DNA of 50,588 nt, from positions 73,048,531-73,099,118 of the forward strand of contig NC_068988.1 in the NCBI RefSeq assembly GCF_001194135.2. The letters are read 5' to 3'. The notes under the pieces were generated by a model. That model was not told where the DNA came from and did not search any database. It saw only the letters and a list, made by a program, of their open reading frames with translations. The stretch comes from Octopus bimaculoides (Eukaryota). Positions 23,529 to 34,448 of this stretch are shown here, in pieces (the stretch's first letter is position 1; every line of letters starts with the position of its first letter). The translations under genes were made by a program, and so were the position numbers.

Positions 23529-23645
23529 CATCCCCACCTTTTCTATCCACAAGTATATCATACAGATGAATTGCTTACAATCATTGTCATACAGCATTGG
23601 CTAAAAATCCTATAGATATGCTCTATAGCACAAATATATATAATA

Positions 23646-23736
23646 CTAGCAGAAATACCCGGCGTTGCCCGGGTTAAAGAGAATAATGAAATCTAAAAAC
23701 GCCGTCTAGACTACGCATCATCTTTATATATAGAGA
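23646..23736 (-). mobile_element. 91-bp non-autonomous Helitron
   Basis: On the minus strand: A|TCTCTATATATAAAG ... CCCGG-GCAACG-CCGGG hairpin - TATTTCTG-CTAG|T. It has the 5' TC, 3' hairpin plus CTAG, an A|T insertion site and no TSD. Confidence 0.82.
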
Positions 23737-23945
23737 TGTATATACACACACGCACCCAAACACACATATATATATGTATATCAATATAAATATATGAAAG
23801 TCAATGAAGTTTCGTAAAAGAAGGTGATCATGTACATACTTTCTTGCTGTTGTGATTATAATACCTCATTGTAAACTATGTTCCTTGTTTTCCCTTGTGG
23901 AGCATATACAAATAGGTATTTTGTTGCTGCCCACTCTTGAGCAGC

Positions 23946-24797
23946 NNNNNNNNNNNNNNNNNNNNNNNNNNNNNNNNNNNNNNNNNNNNNNNNNNNNNNN
24001 NNNNNNNNNNNNNNNNNNNNNNNNNNNNNNNNNNNNNNNNNNNNNNNNNNNNNNNNNNNNNNNNNNNNNNNNNNNNNNNNNNNNNNNNNNNNNNNNNNNN
24101 NNNNNNNNNNNNNNNNNNNNNNNNNNNNNNNNNNNNNNNNNNNNNNNNNNNNNNNNNNNNNNNNNNNNNNNNNNNNNNNNNNNNNNNNNNNNNNNNNNNN
24201 NNNNNNNNNNNNNNNNNNNNNNNNNNNNNNNNNNNNNNNNNNNNNNNNNNNNNNNNNNNNNNNNNNNNNNNNNNNNNNNNNNNNNNNNNNNNNNNNNNNN
24301 NNNNNNNNNNNNNNNNNNNNNNNNNNNNNNNNNNNNNNNNNNNNNNNNNNNNNNNNNNNNNNNNNNNNNNNNNNNNNNNNNNNNNNNNNNNNNNNNNNNN
24401 NNNNNNNNNNNNNNNNNNNNNNNNNNNNNNNNNNNNNNNNNNNNNNNNNNNNNNNNNNNNNNNNNNNNNNNNNNNNNNNNNNNNNNNNNNNNNNNNNNNN
24501 NNNNNNNNNNNNNNNNNNNNNNNNNNNNNNNNNNNNNNNNNNNNNNNNNNNNNNNNNNNNNNNNNNNNNNNNNNNNNNNNNNNNNNNNNNNNNNNNNNNN
24601 NNNNNNNNNNNNNNNNNNNNNNNNNNNNNNNNNNNNNNNNNNNNNNNNNNNNNNNNNNNNNNNNNNNNNNNNNNNNNNNNNNNNNNNNNNNNNNNNNNNN
24701 NNNNNNNNNNNNNNNNNNNNNNNNNNNNNNNNNNNNNNNNNNNNNNNNNNNNNNNNNNNNNNNNNNNNNNNNNNNNNNNNNNNNNNNNNNNNNNNNN
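23946..24797. other. Assembly gap (N run); smaller gaps at 7580-7631, 8320-8329 and 27692-27702
   Basis: Runs of N. Confidence 0.99.
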
Positions 24798-24798
24798 C

Positions 24799-25143
24799 TC
24801 TGTGAAAGTATCTGTCACTACAGTATCGAAATGTGATTGTTTCAGTTAGTGGAATAGTTTCATTTTTAAAGTGAAAGTATTTGACATGAGTGTTTTTGTT
24901 TCACTTTTGACACGTAATACTTAAATAGTGGAGGAGATATTATGTTGCCGTGTGCTCGAACTCTGCAAGAAGTTAATAATTTTTTTTGACTAAAACACAA
25001 CTGGAACCCTAAGTAAGGCATGTGTAAAATTTGAATGAAATTGGTTGCGTAGTTCTCGAGTTTTAGGGATTCACACAGACAGACAGACAGACAGACAGAC
25101 CGACAGACAGACAGACACACATTCTCATTTTTATATATATAGA
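24799..25143 (-). mobile_element. 5' part of a longer non-autonomous Helitron (Lep1/DINE-like) running into the assembly gap
   Basis: Minus-strand start A|TCTATATATATAAAAATG, (TCTG)n microsatellite at about 25075-25115, then a core with CAACCAATTTCATTCAAATTTTACACATG. The 3' end is not visible. Confidence 0.6.
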
Positions 25144-25293
25144 TATACTGTTATAATGATTAGTAGAAAGCTGCTAGTATATAAATTGGTTCCATTAGTG
25201 TATCTGATTTTAGTTATTTAAATATGAAAATTTTCAGATGTATATCAAGAAGTACATTTGAATATCATTTATAGCTAATATTAGCTATATAAA

Positions 25294-25516
25294 AAGGCAG
25301 CGAGCCAGTAGAATCATTAGCGCACTGAGTAAAATGCTTAGTGGTATTTAATTTGTCTTTACATTCTGAGTTCAAATTCTGTCAAGGCTAACTTTGCCTC
25401 TCCTCCTTTCAGGGTTGATAAAATAAGTACCAGTTGAGCACTGAGGTCAATGTAATGGACTTACCTCCTCCCCTGAAATTGCTGGCCTTGTGCCAAAGTT
25501 CGAAACTGATATTAGT
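25294..25516 (+). mobile_element. tRNA-derived SINE family C
   Basis: Head GGCAGCGAGCCAGTAGAATCATTAG, B-box-like GTTCAAATTC at 25370-25379, body GCCT.TC.TCCTTTCAGGGT..ATAAAATAAGTACC; a second copy is at 49066-49277. Confidence 0.75.
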
Positions 25517-25645
25517 CGTGTAAGAAATGAAAAATTTTACATGTACCACATTTTATTTACACAAACATTAAAAAAATTCCTTCCCATTCAATTGTCAATA
25601 ATTTCTAAAGCTTTATAATTATTTATTGCCATTACTTTGACTTAC

Positions 25646-25740
25646 CTGATTGGTGAAGAAAGCCAAATCTGTTGATTAGGTGACTGTTTGTTTAGGACAT
25701 AGGTACCATTATCCGCAAGATATATAGAGAGGACTCCATT
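25646..25740 (-). CDS. FXN: Frataxin internal exon: [31 protein letters not shown](S)
   Basis: Acceptor TCTTTATTTTAG and donor AG|GTAAGT; 95 nt, phase 0 to phase 2. Contains the CyaY/frataxin signature GVL...GTYV.NKQ.PN.QIWLSSP.SGP. Confidence 0.95.
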
Positions 25741-26269
25741 CTAAAATAAAGATAGACTATAAAATCAGTTGAAATTTCTAATTATTGAAATCATAAATCA
25801 GCTTAAATAACAAAAGAAGTGAATCTAGACAGCTTATATAAACCCAGGTTTAATTTTGTAGAAGTTTTGTGTATTACCTGTTTTACTTTTCTTTTTCTTA
25901 AGAAATTTATGGACAGAAAAAAAAAGCTTTATAAATAGTGTATCCATCAGGCATTGAAGCTTGAGGGTACATTTAAAAAATTCATAAATCAAGTGTATTT
26001 CACCTTCTTGAAAAAATTTGAACTCAGTATCAAAAGCTAACAAAACATGCCAATCATTTTGGATTCACACTAAACTGAGCTGTATTTCTCCATAGTGGCA
26101 ACTTATATTTAGATGGCTTAAGCAAATAAAAATTAAATGTAATCAAAAGTTAGTGTAATAACTTTAATGACCATGTCCTTTGCATTCAGTTCTCACATCT
26201 CACTACCTTGTGGTGTTACTGTTCATACATAGGCATCATACAATTTACCTTTCACTCTGAGAGAGACAT

Positions 26270-27125
26270 TTTGTTACCAACAAAGGTTAATACATTCTCT
26301 GAACTTTGTCCAGCCTGTTCTTTTTCTATCAACTACACTTTCAGAACATCTTCCACCATTGTTAATCAGGTCACCTAGGTCACAGAAACTATCTACTACC
26401 TCTAAGGATCTTCTTAGGCATGCAAGAAAATCTATTTTCCTTGTATTCCTAGGGTTTATCACTCCTGAGTATATGTCATATACTCCTGTGATTCAACTGC
26501 ATTTCTTTAGTGTCCATAGTTTGCACTGGGTATACTGTATGGAATTTCCACCCTTTTCTACATATGAAGCAGAGCATTTTTCCTGAAAGGGAGAAGAGTG
26601 CTGTCTGTTTTCTAACTTACTAAAATTTTGGTCTTAGCTAAGAGAATTTTTGATTCTGGGTGTTGTCTACACATGCAAAATTTCTTTTCTAATTCTACAA
26701 CAGATTCTGCTACAAAAATGAGGGATCATCAGTATATAGCAGTTTCCAAGAACAAAGGGTCTTAACCTCCTCTGTTATGGCCTGGAGAGCTCTGATGAAG
26801 AGAAGGGAAGTGAAAACTGAGCTGTGATAAACTCCCAACTATGCTGAATTTGTTGCAGTACTCGTTACATCTCAACTTACTAACAGTGCCTTTGAATATA
26901 GTTTGTATGGCTCTCACACGCCATTCATCTATTCCTAGCTTCCTCAATACCCAACAGATTACAGAGGGGAGTATTCTGTTGAAGGCTTTCCTCAGGTCAA
27001 AGAATGTTAAGTATAGTAGCTTATTTTTAAGTAAATATTTCTTCTGTAGTTGCCTCACAAGGAAGAGAACATCCATAGTACTTCTTTCTGACACAAAACC
27101 AATCTACATCTCAACTACTTTTAAC
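26270..27125 (-). mobile_element. RTE fragment: RT subdomains 2-6 (LLYTDD), PHD relic, DLGDL (the YLGD position)
   Basis: RSTMDVLFLVRQLQKKYL..KLLYLTFFDLRKAF...LRKLGIDEW; CFICRKG..NSIQYTQCKLWTLKKC; DSFCDLGDLINNGG. Confidence 0.85.
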
Positions 27126-27196
27126 CCTCTCTCTAATTACTTAAGCTGTAACCCTTATGCATACATATATACAAACACACACATATATAACATATA

Positions 27197-28548
27197 AAGC
27201 CATGGACACATAAGAGGTGCAGCAATATCAAATTAAGGTTAACTAGCAAGATAGTTTTTGTAGCAGGTGCTCAGGAGCAATAAACACTGAAAATGTGCAG
27301 AGAACAACTTCTGCCACATTCCAGGGAGAAAAACTAGAAGTAGTTGACAGCTTCCGTTACCTAGGTGACCAAGTCAGTAGCAGGGGAGGGTGTGCTGAAA
27401 GTGTAGTTGCTAGAATAAGAATAGCCTGGGCAAAGTTCAGAGAGTTCTTACCTCTGCTGGTGACAAAGGGCCTCTCCCTCAGAGTAAAAGGCAGACTGTA
27501 TGACGCATGTGTACAAACAGCCATGCTACATGGCAGTGAAACATGGGCCAAGAGTGCTGAGGACATGCGTAAGCTCGCAAGGAATGAAGACAGTATGCTC
27601 CAATGGATGTGTAATGTCAGTGTGCATACTCGACAGAGTGTTAATACCTTGAGAGAAAAGTTAAACCTAAGAAGCATCAGTTGTGGTGTGCNNNNNNNNN
27701 NNTGGATGAGGATAGCTGTGTGAAAAAGTGCCACACACTAGCGGTTGAGGGTACCTGTGGAAGAGGTAGGCCCAGGAAGACCTGGGATGAGGTGGTGAAG
27801 TACGACCTTCGAACATTAGGCCTCACCGAGGCAATGACTAGTGACCAAGACCTTTGGAAATATGCTGTGCATGAGAAGACCCGGCAAGCTAAGTGAGACC
27901 ATAACCCGTGGCCTTTACCAGGGGTGTAGCCAGCCCACTTATGTGTACCTTTCCTTCTTTGGACACAAAACCCTGCTTGTGAAGACCTGTTGAGGCAAGT
28001 GAAATTGAAATCGAAATTGAACCAAATTCGATTACTGGCCCCCATGCCAATCTTCCTTCATTGGACACTAAACTCAGCTTGCGAAGACCTGTTGGGGCAA
28101 GTGAGATCGATCGAAACTGAACCAAATTCGATGACTGACACCCGTGCCAAGCGGGATCACTGCCAGAGCGGCGGTCTTGCTTTCGTGCCGGTGCCACATA
28201 AAAAAACACCATTTGAGCGCAATCGTTTCCAGCATCGCCTTACTGGCACTTGTGCCGGTGGTATGTGAACAAAACACTGGAATGACTCCTGTGCAGGTGG
28301 CATGTAAAAAACACCATTCGAGCGTGGCCGTTGCCAGTACCGCTGGACTGGCCCCCGTGCCGGTGGCACGTAAAAAGCACCCACTACACTCTTGGAGTGG
28401 TTGGCGTTAAGAAGGACATCCAGCTGTAGAAACTCTGCCAGATCAGATTGGAGTCTGGTGTAGCCATCTGGTTTGCCAGTCCCCAGTGAAATCAACCAAG
28501 CCATGCTAGCATGGAAAGCGGATGTTAAATGATGATGATGATGATGAT
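27197..28548 (+). mobile_element. 5'-truncated RTE copy (mid-PHD to tail), younger-looking
   Basis: GEKLEVVDSFRYLGDQVSSRGGCAESVVARIRIAWAKFRE...AMLHGSETW...CGRGRPRKTWDEVV; VNTR units at 28170-28380; (GAT)n tail. Confidence 0.92.
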
Positions 28549-29479
28549 ATATGAGAGTTATAGCTTGATTAATAAGAGAGTGGATTACATCTATATATTT
28601 ATGTGTGAGTGTATGTATTTATGTACAGAGTGTTAAAGGTGAGGTATAGCAGTTCTAAGATGTAGCTCAGGATGGGGGGGGGATATCTGAGGCACAAGAG
28701 GTAATCAGTGGAAAATGAATAAAAGAAATAATAAGAATGAAAAAAAAAAAAGGCATTGGAGGGGTGATACATACCCTGTGCGCAGATAAATGATTTTGAA
28801 AATTATAGTGTGGCTTACAATGTGTCACCTATCCATGCTTTTTAACTGAACTGAATAAAGCTTTGTAAGTGTTTGACTAAACTTGCTTATCAGGAAATTT
28901 GTAAGTTCAATTTAAAAAAAAAAAATTTTTTGTTAAAGCATCACCATTATGGGTATTTATACTCTGGTGAAATTAAGAAATCAACTCGTAAATAAATGAA
29001 ACCTTTGAATCCATCACTGTATACACACTCATGCACACACACTGTCACACATCTATGTATTTATGTATTGGCAAAAATCCATTCAGCCATTTCCCAGTAA
29101 TTTTGCAAACACAGATAAACAAAGATGAGTGATTACAACACCCTGCTTTCGCTTACATGCACAAGGTAATAAAAAAAAAGGAAGAGATGATAATGTGAAA
29201 GAGGGGTGGATGTTAATGGAAATGGTTCCAGTGAGATAGGGAGGTAACTGGAAGGGCAAAGGGGAAGAAATACATGCAAATTCTTCTATCTTGATTACAG
29301 CAGCTGAATAGTGCCATTGTTAGAAGAGTAATGGAGGGATGGGTTTTATGATGATGAAAGGCAAGGGAAGCTTGGTGAGAACAGATTGGATAAAAGGAAA
29401 AGGCCTGATGACATAAGAATAATGCTTTTTGAACCTCACTTTCACCATATAGACAGGTATTATCAAGCACAGTAAAATG

Positions 29480-30525
29480 CCAATCATTTAAGTCCTTTGT
29501 CATCTCTTCCATGAGGTCCAACATCTGTCCCAGGTCTTCCTAGGGCTCCCTCTTTGATAAGTTTCATCCACTTTAAGCAATTAGCATTTCTTTATACAAC
29601 TGTCCTGATCCACACACATTAGATTCCATACCAGTGCAGTCTTCTCTCTTACACACTACATTTTTCTCTCAATACATTTATACTTTGTCATTCATGCACA
29701 CAGACATATCACATCCAGCAGAGCACATTCATCAGAGCATGCTAACTTGCATTCAGGGCCCACATCTCACTACCAAGTAGCATGGCTGTTCATATAAAAG
29801 CATTGTATGCTCTGCCTTTCACTCTAAGAGAGAGATATTTTATTACCAACAGTGGTAATAACTCTTTTCAATACTTATTCTTACAATTATACTTTCAGAA
29901 CATCCTCCTTCACTTAAGAAACGATCTACTATCTCTAGGGAACCTCCTGGGTATTTGAGAGAAACTATTTCCTGTGTTTTCAGTATTTACTGCTCAGGAA
30001 TGTTTGGCATATACAAAGTCTACTTTTGCCATTATTCTTTCTGTGATTCCATGGCACCTCTTGAGTGTCCATAGTTTGCACTGAGTACACCAAATGAAAT
30101 TTCTCCTTCCTGGCACAAAACCAAACTGTATCTCATCTAGGCTAATTCTCTTCCTAATAATAATTGGGCGATAACTTTCCATAACTTTCATGACCTGGTC
30201 CAGGCATGTAATACCTCTGTAATGACTTCTATCTAAGGCATCTCTTTTACCCTAGTAGCAGTTGATTATAATGTTGCTATGCCAGCCATAGTATGACACC
30301 TTCCTGTACAATCTAGTAAACTAGTTGACTAGGCCATATCCTACTCTGCTAGATATTTTAAGTATCTCAGCTTTAATTCCTGAAGGTGCCAAGGGTCCTG
30401 CCTTTTTTCCTACTTACTAAAAAATTTATCTTTGCTAAGTTTACCTTAAGACCTCTTGATTCTAAGGTTAGCTTCCATGCCTAGAATTTCCTTTCTAAAA
30501 GATTTTACAGGAGGGTTGTTACCTC
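29480..30525 (-). mobile_element. Degenerate RTE fragment with an internal deletion (QFGFVPGR fused directly to the PHD)
   Basis: ORF 29994-30191 reads RISLDEIQFGFVPGR|RNFIWCTQCKLWTLKRC; C-terminal homology continues to about 29480. Confidence 0.75.
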
Positions 30526-30614
30526 AAGGAAATTAAAGGCACTGGATATAACAGTTACAGAGTTATATTGAAAAGTAGAGTGATAAAAGGATTTCTGCAG
30601 TACGAGTTAAGGGA

Positions 30615-30810
30615 CCACCATTGCTTGACAACCGATGGTGGTGTGTTTATGTCCCCATAATTTAGCAGTTTGACAAAAAGATTGAAAGAATAAATACTAG
30701 TACATGTAAAAAAAAAAAAAAGTTCTGGGATCAATTCATTCATATTCTTCAAGGCCGTACCCCAGCATGGCTACAGCCTAATGACTGAAACAAGTAAAAG
30801 AGTAAAAGAT
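30615..30810 (+). mobile_element. 3' half of SINE family B
   Basis: CCACCATTGCTTGACAACCGATGGTGGTGTGTTTATGTCCCCATAA...CCAGCATGGC...ATGACTGAAACAAGTAAAAGA, matching 47580-47745. Confidence 0.75.
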
Positions 30811-31403
30811 TAGTTTAAATATCAATGCACAGAAGTGTGTCTATACATATATAGTTATGGTATATTCTGTTAAGGACGCAGTAGAGTACAGTATAAAGCT
30901 CGTTCACCTTCAGATTTCACCCTGTGCTATTCAGTAGTAGTATTATACATACTTCCAGGTTTGCATTTGGGCATCTGTTGTGTGTGAATAGATAACTGAA
31001 AAAACTTGGAGTCAGCATGTACATATACTTGTATACACATATACTTGTATACACACTCATGATATGAAATAAACACTTTCTGTTACCTGGATAATTTTCA
31101 ACGGGTAAAAAAAAAAAATGACTTCGTAAATTTTGTGCTGTATATGTGTTTATTCCCATTTCACACCTTTTTCATACAGATCCCTTACTAAGATGTCACA
31201 CAATCCAAGGGACTTAATCTAAATTATGTCCTCTGATACACTTAACATATCTCTCAAATTATTTTAGTCTCATTTTTACCATCTTTTCTTTCCAATTGTC
31301 AGATGTTTTTTTTTTGTCTTGGCCTAATGATTACTGATGTAGCAATAATGATTACTCTTCTACACAGTACTATTGTGGTGAGAGTCATTGACACCTTGGT
31401 GGA

Positions 31404-33535
31404 TTGAAGAATGAACTAGCCAAACTCATAAATTTCTTTTCTTTTTGTACAAAACCAAAGAAAAACTTATTTAACATGGAAGGCTTGTTGGCTCGCGTGG
31501 TACATTTACAACAGCAACAACAGCAGTCACAACAACAACAACAACAACAACACCAACAGTTACTGGAAGTAATGTTGAAGTCTGAAAATACTTCAGGTTC
31601 ATTCTCGTCACACAGCATAGCAAATTCAATTGGAGAATTTATCTATAACCCAGAAGGTATTACTTTTTCTTCATATTTTAGAAGATATGAAGAAATCTTC
31701 AAAGAATATAAAAATTGGAATGACGAGAAGAAGGTGCGACTACTTTTAAGAAAGTTATCCCCTCCTGAACATGAAAAATACTGTAACCATAATCTGCCAA
31801 AGAAACCAGGTGAGATTTGTTTCGATGAAACAGTTAATTTGTTATTGAGAACTTTCAGTGAAAGAAGTTCACTGTTCAATACTCATTGGCAATGTTTAAA
31901 TTTAGTTAAAAAAGATGAAGATTTCATCACCTATGCTGAGTGTGAAAAATTCAAATTAAATGAATCAACCCTGGATTTGTTTAAATGTATATTTTTTGTT
32001 CAAGGGTTAATAGCAAGAAAAGATGATATATGTTCCCGTATGTTAACAAAATTAGAACAGGACCAAAAATTAACTCTAGAGGAAGTGGCTGAAGAATGCC
32101 AGAGGATTATAAATTTAAGGCACGACGCAGATGAAACTGAAGAAAAAGATTGCTCTCAGATACATGCATGTCGTCCTGAAATGGATAAGAAAAAAGAAAA
32201 ACGAACGTCTAGGCCAAATCCATGCTACGGTTGCAGAGGTTTACATTTTAAAAGTAATTGTCCTTTTAAAAATCATATCTGTTTTGATTGTGGAAAAATC
32301 AGACATAAAAGCTCACATTGAATAGCAAAACAAAAAAAAAAAAGGTTAAAAAAAATGCTAGAAAGAATGTATTGCTAAAGAAATTTTAAGCAAGGCTCAG
32401 AAAAGAAAAATTATGTCCATAAAAAGGAATAACATGAATATCAAGTTACAATTGCATACAGGCAGTGATATCATGATAATTAATACAGATACATGGAGAG
32501 AAATAGGGAAACCTAGATTAAAGGAAACTTTGAAAATTGTGCAATGTATTTCGAGAAAAAAAATTGCATTTTATGGGTGAAATGATAAGTGATGTTACAT
32601 TTTGTGGAAAAACTTTGAAAAACAAAGGTTTTGTGTTGAAAAATACAACAAATTTATTTGGAACATACTGAATAGAACTATTTAACTTAAGGGACCTACC
32701 CATAAATATTTTTTGTAAGTATGTGAATGGTTCTTCTGCCAATACAAATAAGGCATCAGAGGATTTTAAAAAAGAATTAAAAAAAAATTTTTTCCTGAAG
32801 TTTTTTCTGAGGAAAAACAGAGGCAAAGTTTCAAGTGAATGAAAACACTATACCGGTATTTAAACCAAAAAGAATGGTACCTTTCGCAGCATTGAAACAA
32901 GTCAACAAAGAATTGGATAGACTCAAAAAGCTTGATGTGACTGAAAAAATCGATTACACAAATTGGGTGCCCCCTACAGTTTATGTCAAGAAAAAAAGTA
33001 AAATCTGAGTATGCACTGATTTCTCAATGAGATTAAACAAATGTTTGATGCCATATAATTATCTGTTATGAAGTCTGGAAGAAATTTTCGCCAAGTCGAA
33101 TGGAGGAAATTTTTTTCAAAGTTGGACCTATCTGAAGCATATTTGCAGGTAAAAGCCAATGAGAAATGTTTAAAATTATTGACAATAAATACCCATAAAG
33201 GGTTGTATAAATTTAATCAACTCCCCTTTGGTATAAAGGTAGCACCTGGCGTTTTCCAACAAGTTATGGACATTATGCTTGCAGGTTCAGATTTCGCTGT
33301 AGCTTACCTTGACGACATACTCATAAAAAGTGAATCTCGAGGTCAGCATGCTGAGCATGTGAAAAAGGTCTTCAAAAGAATAAAAGAGTATGGTTTTAAG
33401 CTCAGCAAGGAAAAGTGTGAATTTTTTATGTCAAGAATAAAATATCTTGGGCAGATTATTGGTGAAAATGGATACAGACCGGACCTGTCTAGGGCGAGTG
33501 CAATAAAAAATATGCCTCCTCCAACAAACATGAAT
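31404..33535 (+). mobile_element. Mag-clade-like Ty3/Gypsy fragment (gag with polyQ and two zinc knuckles, protease, RT); truncated, no LTR found
   Basis: gag ORF 31404-32321 with F.Y.PEG.TF..YF.RYE..F, W.DEKKVRLLLRKL, CYGCRGLHFKSNC and CFDCGKIRH. Protease relic LHTGSD at about 32450. RT FSKLDLSEAYLQ, LPFGIKVAPGVFQQVMD, YLDDILI, YLGQII. Confidence 0.88.
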
Positions 33536-33841
33536 TTTATTGCTACACCTACACAATGTTAAGTCTATGGCAATGACATGTTCTGTTATTTAAAATTTGG
33601 TAGAAATTTCTTTCAAGTTGCCATATATAGACTGATTTCTAAAGAGTAATTTCTGACATCATAGTTTCTATGGTGATAGGAACTTAGTTTGAAACTAGCT
33701 TTAGTAGCAATAACCAATTGAAGCATTTCATAAGAAATTGATTCTGAAGCTTTAGCATTTAATGCAGATAATCTCTCCTGTCAATGTTGTATATCCTATT
33801 ATTGGCAGAGTATACCTGGGGCAAACATCTAGCTTTAAAAG

Positions 33842-34448
33842 TTTACCGAGGGAAGTCGCTAATGAAGACATCAACACCTTAATGACTGGACTGAGTCATT
33901 AATCCAATGACTGTAAAATGCCTCTGTGCAGTAATAACAACACTTGTCTGCATGTGTGAACAACTTCGTGTCCAAGATTTTATTCAAATGTGTAACAAAC
34001 AAACTCATACTGTGTGTACACAATGTTCAATAAAGTTATCTGTGATTGAAGCATGTCTTGCCGTGTTCCATGATGACAGTGAGAAAATAGAAGGAATTCA
34101 AACTACAAAAATTACTTTCAGACAAGCTCTAGGTGTAGAATACCACAGCAAGTTGCTGGTGGGACAGAAAGTCGAATCCGCATGCCTGGCTCTCTCTCTG
34201 AAGTTGACCTTGTGACTTAGAGCAGAAAGAGGGAATTCAGTTGGAATACACTCTTAAGTAGGTAACATGCTTCTAACACCCTCCTGTGTGTTGTTTAGCA
34301 GTTACACCTTGTATGCTAGCAAAGGGGTAGCTAACCATGTTCACTTGGCTTGGGATGTTCTAGAACATTCAATAGCAGAGATAACTGACGTTGACTCCCA
34401 ACAGATATTTTGCAGGTTAAGAACCTGCTTCAAATAGCATTGCCTACA
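33842..34448 (-). repeat. 3' LTR of element 2 (about 607 bp)
   Basis: 33842-34335 is repeated at 39387-39888; bounded by the PPT and TGTAGGCA. Confidence 0.9.

Noticed and set aside
23852-24836. Three ~300-aa ORFs in the track
   Set aside because: They consist of N-gap translations.
26270-28548. Divergently oriented RTE pair as a twin-priming inversion
   Set aside because: The two pieces overlap in element coordinates (both include the PHD and YLGD region) and differ in divergence, so they are independent insertions.
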